From Chloroflexota bacterium (lineage in GTDB: Bacteria > Chloroflexota > UBA11872 > UBA12225): 64,000 bases of DNA. The stretch is taken from contig SHXX01000002.1 of NCBI GenBank assembly GCA_009693165.1, positions 17,423-81,422 of the forward strand, read 5' to 3'. The notes under the pieces were generated by a model. The model saw only the letters and a program-made list of their open reading frames with translations, did no database searches and was not told the origin of the DNA. Both the position numbers and the translations under genes were made by a program. Of the stretch, positions 19,335 through 27,958 are shown piece after piece. Numbering within the stretch: the first letter of the stretch is position 1; each line of letters starts with the position of its first letter.

Positions 19335-20348
19335 TCACACTCTTGCGGATGACCGTTGGCCGACTTTGTCCGCCAAGTTGACCCCGAGCTGCTTCGCATG
19401 CGTCCTGAGGCAACCCGCCGCGCAGTAGTACCACACATGGCCGTCGTGTTCGAGACGATGCGGTGTCGTTTCCGGATCGACCATCATTCCACAGATTGGG
19501 TCCTCATGACGCACGGGAACCTCGGCCAGCACCGGTACCCGCACATGATCCTGGGCACCGTGATCCTGGGCTCCCCGGCGCCGCGACACGAGGTCGGCCA
19601 CGATCCCGAGCGCGACTTCCTGGAAGGTGCGGGCACCGATCTCAAGTCCCGGCCGGCATGCCACCCTTCCCAGGCGGTCCGGGTCGACACCGGACATCGC
19701 CAGATATGCAATGGTTGCGTCGAACCGGCGCTCGCTCGCGACGAGCCCCACATATGACGTCTCAACCGCGAGAACCTGACGCAGTGCCTCCTCGTCCCAA
19801 AGCCCATGGGTCGCGACGATCGCATAGCGTTCCCGGGATGCCGGATATGACGATGGGTCAATCCTGTCGACCATGACCGACGCCGTCGGAAACTGCTCCG
19901 GCATCGCCAGTGCGTCCACCACCACGACCTCGAACCCAACAACGTGTCCAATCGACGCAAGCGCGACGGCCGCGGGAGAGACACCGCAGATGATCAGCTG
20001 TGGTGCCGGCAGGAACGGTTCAATAAATACCTCCACCACGCCGCCACTGAAGCAACTCATCTGGTGCACGGTCATTCCCGTGCGAGGCACCGCGACGCCG
20101 TCAGGGGTCAGGAGTACCAGTCTCGGTTTGCCATCGGCCAATGAAGCCAGGGCCTCGGAAATCACGGTCGGCTGGGCACAACTTCCGCCAATCCAACCCT
20201 GTAGTCGCCCATCCGAACGGATGACCGCCTTGTCACCGGGCCGACAGGATGTCGGACGTTCCGCACGGACAACCGTCGCGACGGCGAAGGCCTCGCCACG
20301 GGACCGTGCCTCTCGCTCGTGGGTCATCGCCGTGGGTTGGAATGCCAT
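19335..20348 (-). CDS. XdhC/CoxF-CoxI family maturation protein fused to a C-terminal YHS/TRASH-like metal-binding domain
   Basis: From the ATG at 20348 (RBS GGGAGGG 5 nt upstream): AFAVATVVRAERPTSCRPGDKAVIRSDGRLQGWIGGSCAQ (XdhC N-domain) and QLIICGVSPAAVALASIGHVVGFEVVVVD (Rossmann domain). A linker with a tandem GAQDHGAQDH follows, then EDPICGMMVDPETTPHRLEHDGHVWYYCAAGC. Confidence 0.8.
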   Translation of the reverse strand: MAFQPTAMTHEREARSRGEAFAVATVVRAERPTSCRPGDKAVIRSDGRLQGWIGGSCAQPTVISEALASLADGKPRLVLLTPDGVAVPRTGMTVHQMSCFSGGVVEVFIEPFLPAPQLIICGVSPAAVALASIGHVVGFEVVVVDALAMPEQFPTASVMVDRIDPSSYPASRERYAIVATHGLWDEEALRQVLAVETSYVGLVASERRFDATIAYLAMSGVDPDRLGRVACRPGLEIGARTFQEVALGIVADLVSRRRGAQDHGAQDHVRVPVLAEVPVRHEDPICGMMVDPETTPHRLEHDGHVWYYCAAGCLRTHAKQLGVNLADKVGQRSSARV

Positions 20349-20551
20349 CTGAACCCTCCCGAGATCTCGCCACCCGAACGGGCGACCTGACTGAAGCCAA
20401 GGTGATCGGCAATCCGGTCGAGGCAGTGCCAGCGAGCAAATGATGGCATGGCCACGCACCCATTCGAGGGTGTGACAAGGAAATGGCCCGGGGACCGCGC
20501 CCGAGTTGCTGTGCAGTCCCCGTTGAACTCAGTCCGAGCCCGGTGTAGCCG

Positions 20552-22927
20552 CTATCCAGTCACCCCGTGGTCACGAAGGACTTTCCAGACCTTCGAGGGC
20601 GTCATCGGAATGTCGATGTGCCGGACACCAAGGTGCCAAAGCGCATCCACAACCGCGTTCACAATCGCGGGAGGCGCACCGACCGTCGCAGACTCCCCAA
20701 CGCCCTTCGCACCAAATGGGTGATGCGGTGACGGAGTGATCGTCTTGTCGGTCTCCCAGTTCGGGGTCTCGACCGCAGTCGGCACTAGGTAATCAATGAA
20801 GCTTCCGCCAAGGCAGTTGCCCGCCTCGTCGTAGCTGATTTCCTCGTACAGCGATGGCGCGAGGCCCATCGACAGGCCACCATGGATCTGCCCGTCGACA
20901 ATCATGGGATTGATGATGTTCCCGCAGTCATCGACAGCCACGAACCGGCGCACGTGAACCTGCCCGGTGCCGGCGTCGATATCGACGACGCAGATGTAGC
21001 TGCCAAACGGGTAGGTCAGGTTTGGCGGGTCGTAATAGTGCGTGGCCTCAAGTCCCGCTTCCATGCCTTGCGGGTGGTTCGTGTACGCCGCGAAGGCAAT
21101 TTCCTGGATGGTCTTGAATGCCTCGGGGTTGCCCTTGACCGTGAACTTTCCGGGTTCCCATTCAAGGTCTTCCTCGGCAACTTCCATCAAGTAGGCCGCA
21201 ATCTTTCGGGCTTTTTCACGGATCTTGCGCGCAGCCAAGGCCGCAGCGGCACCCGAAGTCGGCGTCGACCGGCTTGCGTACGTGCCAAGCCCGTAAGGCG
21301 CGGTATCGGTGTCACCTTCCTCGACCTGGACGTGCGCCATTGGAATGCCCAGTTCCTGGGCAACGATCTGTGCGTAGGTCGTTTCGTGTCCCTGGCCCTG
21401 CGACTTCGTGCCAAACCGGGCAATCGCCTTGCCGGTCGGGTGCACTCGGATCTCGGCCGAGTCGAACATCTTGATCCCGAGAATGTCGAAGTCCTTGGAC
21501 GGACCCGCCCCAACAATTTCCGTGAAACTGCTGATGCCGATGCCCATGAACTCGCCACGGGCCCGCTTCTCAAGCTGTTCGCGACGCAGGTCGTCGTACC
21601 CGATGATGTCCATCGCCTTCTGCAAGGCGGCGTGATAGTCGCCAGAGTCGTATTCCCATCCGAGTACCGACTTGTAGGGGAACTGGTCCTTCTCGATGAA
21701 GTTCTTCATCCGCAATGCAGCCGGATCCATGCCAATCTGGTGCGCCATGATGTCCACCATGCGCTCGATCGCATGGACCGCCTCGGTCACGCGGAATGAA
21801 CAGCGGTACGCCACGCCTCCCGGCGGTTTGTTGGTATACGCACCATCGACTTCGACGTGCGCGGCCTGGAGGTCGTAGGAACCCGTACAGATGTGATAGA
21901 GACCGGCCGGGAACTTCGAGGGGTTCGCGGCTGCATCGGCGTAGCCATGGTCGGCAAGGGTCTTGAACCGCAGCGCGGTCAACTTGCCATCCTTCGTCGC
22001 GGCCAACTCTGCGGTGGTGTGGTAGTCCCGCGCGAATGAGTCGGCCTGAAGGTTTTCCATCCGGTCCTCAATCCACTTGACCGGCTTGCCGATCAGCACG
22101 GATGCGGCGACCGCAATGACGTATCCCGGGTAAACCGGCACCTTGCCACCGAACCCACCACCGATGTCAGGCGAAATGATCCGGATCTTCTCCTCGGACA
22201 ATCCGACGTGACCCGCCACGAGCGCAAACACGGTGCGGATTGCGTGCGGGGCCTGGGTGGTCATCCAGACCGTCAGTTTCCCCTCGGTCTTCTCGAATGA
22301 CGCCACGCAGCCACATGTCTCAATGGAGGCGACATGGATCCGAGGAATGTAGATGTCCTGCTTCACGACGACATCCGCGTCTGCGAACGCCTTGTCGGTG
22401 ACCGCCGCATCCCCGACTTCCCAGTGGAAGATGTGGTTGTCGGTCTTGCCAGGCTTGTCGGTTCTCAGCACCGGTGCATCCGGCAAGAGTGCCTTGAAGG
22501 GATCAACGACGACGGGAAGTTCCTCGTATTCCACATCAACCACCGCCGCGCCGTCCGCCGCGATGTACCGGTCAGTCGCAATGACGGCTGCAACTTCCTG
22601 GGCCTGATACATCACCTTGTCGACCGGAAGCACCATCTGCGTGTCCGACATCAGCGTCGGCATCCAGTGAAGGTTGTATGCCTCCAGATCCTTGCCGGTT
22701 ATGACCGCAAGTACTCCTGGAATTGCCAGTGCCTTTGACGCATCAATGCTCACGATCTTGGCATGCGCATACGGACTGCGCACAATGTCCATCCACAGCA
22801 TGCCGGGCAGGGTCACGTCTTCAACGTAGTTGCCCTTGCCCTGCAGGAAACGCGGGTCTTCCTTCCGCTTCATCGAGTGGCCCATGCCACCGATGGCGGA
22901 GGATGTCATCGGAATCGTCTGGGTCAT
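20552..22927 (-). CDS. coxL: aerobic carbon-monoxide dehydrogenase large (molybdopterin) subunit, form I
   Basis: From the ATG at 22927: MTQTIPMTSSAIGGMGHSMKRKEDPRFLQGKGNYVEDV. The form I active-site loop GGVAYRCSFRVTEA is present, along with typical xanthine-dehydrogenase-family blocks (GGGFGGK, GTYASRST). Confidence 0.92.
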   Translation of the reverse strand: MTQTIPMTSSAIGGMGHSMKRKEDPRFLQGKGNYVEDVTLPGMLWMDIVRSPYAHAKIVSIDASKALAIPGVLAVITGKDLEAYNLHWMPTLMSDTQMVLPVDKVMYQAQEVAAVIATDRYIAADGAAVVDVEYEELPVVVDPFKALLPDAPVLRTDKPGKTDNHIFHWEVGDAAVTDKAFADADVVVKQDIYIPRIHVASIETCGCVASFEKTEGKLTVWMTTQAPHAIRTVFALVAGHVGLSEEKIRIISPDIGGGFGGKVPVYPGYVIAVAASVLIGKPVKWIEDRMENLQADSFARDYHTTAELAATKDGKLTALRFKTLADHGYADAAANPSKFPAGLYHICTGSYDLQAAHVEVDGAYTNKPPGGVAYRCSFRVTEAVHAIERMVDIMAHQIGMDPAALRMKNFIEKDQFPYKSVLGWEYDSGDYHAALQKAMDIIGYDDLRREQLEKRARGEFMGIGISSFTEIVGAGPSKDFDILGIKMFDSAEIRVHPTGKAIARFGTKSQGQGHETTYAQIVAQELGIPMAHVQVEEGDTDTAPYGLGTYASRSTPTSGAAAALAARKIREKARKIAAYLMEVAEEDLEWEPGKFTVKGNPEAFKTIQEIAFAAYTNHPQGMEAGLEATHYYDPPNLTYPFGSYICVVDIDAGTGQVHVRRFVAVDDCGNIINPMIVDGQIHGGLSMGLAPSLYEEISYDEAGNCLGGSFIDYLVPTAVETPNWETDKTITPSPHHPFGAKGVGESATVGAPPAIVNAVVDALWHLGVRHIDIPMTPSKVWKVLRDHGVTG

Positions 22928-22928
22928 C

Positions 22929-23438
22929 TCAGTCACCTCCCTGCAAGACTGCCTCGGGGGCGGGCGTGGGATGCATCTTGCGTTGCGCGTACTGGATCGC
23001 CTTGACAATGTTCACGTAGCCGGTGCACCGGCACAGGTTTCCGGAGATTGCCTCGCGGATTTCGGTTTCGGTCGGTTCGTTGACCGTCCGAAGCAGCGCT
23101 GTCGCCGTGATCATCATGCCGGGCGTGCAGAAGCCGCACTGGAGGCCATGTTCTTCCCAAAACCCCTCCTGCACTGGATTCAGTGTCCCGCCGACTGCGA
23201 GACCTTCGACAGTCGTGAGTGACTTGCCCTCGGCCTGGACCGCAAACATGGTGCAGGACTTGACTGGTTCCCCATCAAGGTCGATCGTGCACGCACCACA
23301 GTGAGATGTTTCGCACCCAACGTGCGTGCCAGTCAGACCCAAGGTCTCACGGATGCAATGAACCAGAAGCTGCCGGCTTTCGGCCTGGACCGACTTCGCT
23401 TCGCCGTTGATAGTGAAGTTCACCGTTCGCATTGACAT
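22929..23438 (-). CDS. coxS: CO dehydrogenase small subunit, [2Fe-2S]-binding
   Basis: [23 protein letters not shown] (plant-type cluster) and CGFCTPGMM ... GNLCRCTGY (second cluster). Its stop lies 1 nt before the coxL ATG. Confidence 0.92.
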   Translation of the reverse strand: MSMRTVNFTINGEAKSVQAESRQLLVHCIRETLGLTGTHVGCETSHCGACTIDLDGEPVKSCTMFAVQAEGKSLTTVEGLAVGGTLNPVQEGFWEEHGLQCGFCTPGMMITATALLRTVNEPTETEIREAISGNLCRCTGYVNIVKAIQYAQRKMHPTPAPEAVLQGGD

Positions 23439-24331
23439 CAGTGGCTTCCTCCCCGGGCACGGGATACCGCCCGGCCAATCGCGCGCCCGGCCAGGACCCG
23501 GACCAGATCGCGCTTGTACTCCGCCGAACCGCGCAAGTCGGACTTCGGGTCACTCTGGTGAGCAGCAAGTCTCGACGCGTCAGCGATTGCCTGATCCGTG
23601 ATCCGGTGTCCAACCAGGGACGCCTCGGCACTCGATGCCCGCGCCGGAACATCCGTCACGTTCGTGAGCCCGATGCGTGCCGCGATACACGTGTCGTGTG
23701 CGTCAAGCGTGAGGTTCACGGCAACGGCGGCAATCGCGTAATCGCCAACTTTGCGCTCGAACTTGATGTACGCCCCGCCGTTACGGACACCCGGTGCCGG
23801 GATGCGGATCTCGGTCAGGATTTCATCCGGTTCAAGCGCCGACGCAAAGAAAGAGGGGAAAAACTCATCGATCGGGATAAGCCGGTCACCGTTCGGTCCA
23901 TGTGCGACGATCGTGGCACCCAGGGCCAGCATCGTCGCGGGATGATCGTTGGCCGGGTCCGCGTGGGCAAGGTTTCCACCAATGGTTGCCCGGTTGCGCA
24001 CGAGTGGATCGGCAATCACCCTCGCGGTCTCGAACAGGATCGGGTAGCCATGCTTCACCAGCGTTGACCGTTCCAACGCTGCCTCTCGCGTCATTGCGCC
24101 GATCCGGAGCTCACCGTGTTCCTCACGGATGTACTCCAGCCCTGACACCCCGTTGACGTCAATGATGAACGCCGGTTGCGCCAACCGAAGCTTCATGGCC
24201 GGGATGAGGCTCATCCCACCAGAAAGGATCTTCGCGTCAGATCCATGTTTGGCAAGCAAGCCAACCGTCTCTTCCAGTGAGTGCGCCACCACGTACTCGA
24301 ATGCTGCTGGTATCACTCCGAACCCTCCCAT
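23438..24331 (-). CDS. coxM: CO dehydrogenase medium subunit, FAD-binding
   Basis: [53 protein letters not shown] ... [18 protein letters not shown]. Start is either the ATG at 24331 or, more canonically, GTG 24316 (VIPAAFEY), which is preceded by GGGAGGG. The TGA overlaps the coxS ATG by 1 nt. The track ORF extends to 24460. Confidence 0.9.
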   Translation of the reverse strand: MGGFGVIPAAFEYVVAHSLEETVGLLAKHGSDAKILSGGMSLIPAMKLRLAQPAFIIDVNGVSGLEYIREEHGELRIGAMTREAALERSTLVKHGYPILFETARVIADPLVRNRATIGGNLAHADPANDHPATMLALGATIVAHGPNGDRLIPIDEFFPSFFASALEPDEILTEIRIPAPGVRNGGAYIKFERKVGDYAIAAVAVNLTLDAHDTCIAARIGLTNVTDVPARASSAEASLVGHRITDQAIADASRLAAHQSDPKSDLRGSAEYKRDLVRVLAGRAIGRAVSRARGGSH

Positions 24332-24533
24332 CCGGGTCGGCGCCTCAGGCCCGCCCGCCCGTCGTCGCGCACCTGCGCGCTCGGAGAACAAAGCCGGTGC
24401 CTCGCCAGTGTGCGGTATCGAAATCACCCTGCCGTCCGGCCACCGGACGTTTCCGCCCACTGCGCCCTGCGCTAGCTTGGGTGCAGACTATCCGCACTCA
24501 TGCCAATACGCAAGTGCATGTGAACACCCCGAC

Positions 24534-24558
24534 CCACTTGGCGAGGACAGCCAAGTGG
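24534..24558. promoter_or_regulatory. 9-bp perfect palindrome in the coxM / sugar-isomerase divergent intergenic region (candidate operator or 5'-UTR hairpin)
   Basis: CCACTTGGC (24534-24542), 7-nt spacer, GCCAAGTGG (24550-24558). It lies within the ~320-bp gap between coxM (minus) and the 24652 gene (plus). Confidence 0.2.
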
Positions 24559-24651
24559 CGGTTGGCACCCGAACTGGCGTTCACGGGTATCGTGGTGCGA
24601 CTGGCGACACGCAGCGAAGCTGATTGGAACCGTCAAGCAAAGGGGTTTCAC

Positions 24652-25512
24652 ATGAGATTTGGAATGAGCGGTGCCTTCCTGCCCGCATCAATGGACGACT
24701 TCACGCCTGAAATGGCGCGTCGGATCCGAGACCTCGGGTATTCCGGATGCTTCACCCGGTTTACCGATGATCCATTCACTACCGCACCTGCACGGGCCAA
24801 CCGCGTCCGCGATCTTCTTGCCGAGCACGGCCTTCGCATGTACCAGGCCATTGGCTACCGCCCTCCACTGATCCACCCAGACGAAACGGTCCGCGCTAAC
24901 GCCGTGCGCACACTTGCCGCTGCCGTCAGGCTTACCAAGGAACTCGGGTGTCGAGGCACGCACACCGGGCCCGGTTCGCTTAATCCTCGTGGCGCCTGGT
25001 TCCCACACCCGTACAACTGGACCTCCCAAGCCAAGGACCAATTGATCAAGAGCCTTCGCGAAGTCGCGCCCGTCGCTGAAGAGTGCGGGGTGTACATCGG
25101 CATGGAGGGGCACCTGCTTGTGACCCTCGACTGCGCCGAAACCATGGCCGAGGTCCTCGGGGCAGTCAACTCGCCGTTCGTCCGCTGCGATCTCGACCCC
25201 GTGAACTGGATCACTCGCGAAACCGTGTTCGATACCGGACCCGCGATCGATCACATGGTGGATGTGCTTGGGTCATTGATCATCGGCGGGCACGCCAAGG
25301 ATGTCATCATCGAAGACCGATTGGTCCTCCATATCTCGGAATGTGCAGCCGGATCGGGCATTCTCGACTGGGACACGTTCCTGCCCCACATCGAGGCACT
25401 CGACCCAGAGGCGCCCCTGGTCGTAGAACACTGCACGACAGAGGAACTTGGACCAATCAGCGAGTTCCTGCATGAGAAGGCCAAGGTACTCGGGATCGCC
25501 GTTCGCAAGTAG
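24652..25512 (+). CDS. sugar phosphate isomerase/epimerase (xylose isomerase-like TIM barrel)
   Basis: From the ATG at 24652: MRFGMSGAFLP ... GVYIGMEGHLLVTLD ... VRCDLDPVNW ... IGGHAKDV ... GSGILDWDTFL. These are the typical family blocks. The track ORF starts at 24277 with an Arg/Pro-rich extension. Confidence 0.75.
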   Translation: MRFGMSGAFLPASMDDFTPEMARRIRDLGYSGCFTRFTDDPFTTAPARANRVRDLLAEHGLRMYQAIGYRPPLIHPDETVRANAVRTLAAAVRLTKELGCRGTHTGPGSLNPRGAWFPHPYNWTSQAKDQLIKSLREVAPVAEECGVYIGMEGHLLVTLDCAETMAEVLGAVNSPFVRCDLDPVNWITRETVFDTGPAIDHMVDVLGSLIIGGHAKDVIIEDRLVLHISECAAGSGILDWDTFLPHIEALDPEAPLVVEHCTTEELGPISEFLHEKAKVLGIAVRK

Positions 25513-25518
25513 GTCAGC

Positions 25519-25556
25519 GGAGGGTGTGCCCCGCAGTGGCGTTTGGCACACCTTCC
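25519..25556. terminator. hairpin between convergent genes (candidate bidirectional terminator)
   Basis: GGAGGGTGTGCC (25519-25530) pairs with GGCACACCTTCC (25545-25556): 12 bp including one G-U pair. It lies between the TAG at 25510-25512 and the minus-strand stop at 25584-25586. Confidence 0.55.
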
Positions 25557-25583
25557 AGACCCCAATCGCGTGACTCATACCGG

Positions 25584-26588
25584 TCAGCCGACCGGTTCGG
25601 GCCTCCCCGACATAGCTGACCGGTACGCAGCTTCAGTCACTTGGGCGACCCGCAAGCCACAGATCGCCGGGGCCTGCGGTCCGGGCACCTCGCCACGAAT
25701 TGCGGCGATGAAGTCCTCCAACGGTCGGATATCGCGTGCCGACGCGCCGCGCGGAAAGACCAGGTCGCCACCCTTGAGTTGGTAACTGAGGCCATCGGCG
25801 CGACCGAGACGCATCACACCCTCGGTCCCATAGAACGTCAGTTCCTCGCGCCACGGTTCCGCCGAAAGGCTTGTCGCCGCAAAGGTCGCGCGCGCGCCAT
25901 TCGTGAACTTGATCGATGCCGCCGTGATCACATCAACATCGGTCCCGAACTCGTCGATTTCTGCATAGACCCGTTCAGGCTCAAGCCCGGACACCCAAAG
26001 CATCATGTCCACAATATGACTGCCGGTATCAATGAAATGGCCACCCCCGGAAAGTGCAGGGTCGGCACGCCAAGATGCGCCCGGCCGGAAGTTCTCGAGG
26101 CAGTCCTGGGCAATGAGGACGGTGATGAGCCGAAGGTCACCGAGGGTCCCTGAATGCACGAGGTGGCGCGCGAGCCGGAATTGCGATTGCCCGTGCCTCT
26201 GGTAACCAATCGCCAAGGTCCGAGCCTTCTTCTCGGCGAGGTCCATTACCCGGCGCGCGTCAGCGGCCGTCGTCGCCAGAGGCTTCTCACACAGGACATG
26301 CAGACCTGCGTTGAGTGCGATCTCGATCTGGGGTGCGTGTTGGGTGTGCGGGGTTGCGATCACGACCGCGTCGAGGGGTGACCCGGCAACCATTCCTTCA
26401 AGTGACGCATATTGCGCAGGTTGCGGTGACCCCATCGGGATCACCCGTCCGACAAACCCGTCCATCGCATCCTTACTGACATCCGCGATGGCCACAAGCG
26501 TTGCGTCATCACGGTTCAGGATGTCGCGAGCGTGCCCGGCACTGATCCCACCGGTGCCCAGAATGCCAAACCGAAGTGGTTCGTTCAT
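25584..26588 (-). CDS. Gfo/Idh/MocA family oxidoreductase
   Basis: From the ATG at 26588: MNEPLRFGILGTGGISAGHARD ... VVIATPHTQHAPQIEIALNAGLHVLCEKPLATT. Confidence 0.85.
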   Translation of the reverse strand: MNEPLRFGILGTGGISAGHARDILNRDDATLVAIADVSKDAMDGFVGRVIPMGSPQPAQYASLEGMVAGSPLDAVVIATPHTQHAPQIEIALNAGLHVLCEKPLATTAADARRVMDLAEKKARTLAIGYQRHGQSQFRLARHLVHSGTLGDLRLITVLIAQDCLENFRPGASWRADPALSGGGHFIDTGSHIVDMMLWVSGLEPERVYAEIDEFGTDVDVITAASIKFTNGARATFAATSLSAEPWREELTFYGTEGVMRLGRADGLSYQLKGGDLVFPRGASARDIRPLEDFIAAIRGEVPGPQAPAICGLRVAQVTEAAYRSAMSGRPEPVG

Positions 26589-26638
26589 CTTCCATCCTCC
26601 GTGCACTTTTCTCTTGCCAACCCGCTCTGGATGGCTGT

Positions 26639-27829
26639 TCACTCATACGTCACTCGGCCCGTCTCGTGACGGCGGACATAATCCCAGTCGATTGTCACCC
26701 CGAGCCCGGGCCCCTGCGGTACCGGCACGTGTCCGTGGTTGTCGACCGCATCCAGGTCGTCAGAGTAATCCAGGTAGATCGGTGCCCGCGTGGTGCGGAC
26801 CGACGGATGGACGAGACCCAGTTCGTAGTAGTTCGTGTTCCTGATCGACGCCATGCAGTGTCGATGTTCCGGCGTCGGTGCATGGATCTCGACATCCATC
26901 CCGAGACCTTCAGCGGCGTGGGCAATCTTCATCAACCCGGTGACACCACCGTCATAGTGGGCATCCGCACGCAGGTAATCCGTACCTCCAGCGAGCGAGA
27001 AATCGATGTGAGACTCCACGTTCCGGACATGTTCGCCAAGCAGCAGTGGCGTCTTGATCAGTTCACGCATTCGCTTGTGAGCGAATGCCGATATGCCTCC
27101 ATCCTTGTAAGGATCCTCGTACCAGAAGAACTCGGCCTCGTCACACGCCCGGCCAACGCGGAGAGCATCCGCCCAGGTGTCGTACTCACACGCCGGGTCA
27201 AGCATCAGGTCCATCGTGTCGCCGACGGCACGGCGCGCCGCAAGCACGTTCGCGACCTCCCGGCGGATGTATTCACGATCGGCGGGATCATTTCCCCATC
27301 CGTGAATTTTGAACGCGGGGTATCCCATTGCTCGGCACTGAAGGGCGAAATCGGCGAACGCTTCCGGTGACGAAAGGCCTCCGGACGCGACATGGTCACC
27401 ATGCAACGTGCTTGCGTACGACGGTAGCGTCCGCTTCCACCCGCCAAGCAGTTCGAAAAGCGGTGCTCCATACGCCTTTCCGGCAATGTCCCACAGGGCG
27501 ATGTCCACCGCACTCAGCCCGAACTTGTCGACCTTCCGCAATGCCCGCTTCATGTCGTTGTACAAGCGTTCACGCTCGAGCGGGTTCTTGCCGATCAGGT
27601 ACGACGCCACCTGACCAACCTGCGCGTAGGTGTTGCGGTCCCCTCCGGCGTGTTCACCCGTGACCCCCTCGTTGGTCTCGATGGTGAGGACATGCCCGCG
27701 GGCCTGACGCTTCGCACCGGGCAGATAGACCGAATTGAACCCGTTGTAATCGCTTCCCAAGTCCACCAGCGTGTAGCCATACTCGATCACCGTGATCCGG
27801 GTGATTGCCAATCCGCCTCTCATCAACAT
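26639..27829 (-). CDS. enolase-superfamily enzyme (mandelate racemase/muconate lactonizing family, sugar-acid dehydratase-like)
   Basis: LSAVDIALWDIAGKAYGAPLFELLGG ... DLMLDPACEY ... FFWYEDPY ... LLLGEHV gives the D/E/E metal-ligand spacing. AAGGAGGG precedes ATG 27829/27823. The 186-aa N-terminal extension in the track ORF (to 28387) is rejected because it runs antisense through dop. Confidence 0.85.
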   Translation of the reverse strand: MLMRGGLAITRITVIEYGYTLVDLGSDYNGFNSVYLPGAKRQARGHVLTIETNEGVTGEHAGGDRNTYAQVGQVASYLIGKNPLERERLYNDMKRALRKVDKFGLSAVDIALWDIAGKAYGAPLFELLGGWKRTLPSYASTLHGDHVASGGLSSPEAFADFALQCRAMGYPAFKIHGWGNDPADREYIRREVANVLAARRAVGDTMDLMLDPACEYDTWADALRVGRACDEAEFFWYEDPYKDGGISAFAHKRMRELIKTPLLLGEHVRNVESHIDFSLAGGTDYLRADAHYDGGVTGLMKIAHAAEGLGMDVEIHAPTPEHRHCMASIRNTNYYELGLVHPSVRTTRAPIYLDYSDDLDAVDNHGHVPVPQGPGLGVTIDWDYVRRHETGRVTYE

Positions 27830-27942
27830 TCCCTCCTTCACGACCGCGAGTACGGCATCGCGACCTGGGCATTCACAATAGCGCGCCCGTTCAAGGCACG
27901 TCGGCACGGACGGTTTCCGGTCGTCCAGAACACCGAAATACA

Positions 27943-27951
27943 GTGCTAGAC
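27943..27951 (+). promoter_or_regulatory. candidate extended -10 element (TGcTAGACT) placed to give a leaderless dop transcript
   Basis: TAGACT lies at 27946-27951 with TG at 27943-27944. The A of the dop ATG (27959) is 8 nt downstream of the last -10 base, leaving a 7-nt gap. No Shine-Dalgarno-like sequence sits between them, and no good -35 is present. This is inference only. Confidence 0.25.
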
Positions 27952-27958
27952 TGACTTC

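Noticed and set aside
20882-21799. 305-aa plus-strand ORF inside coxL, with similar antisense ORFs at 8486-9241, 35344-36231, 43155-43943 and 24688-25254
   Set aside because: All lie opposite strongly recognisable genes and have biased Arg/Gly/Pro/His composition. They are treated as shadow ORFs.
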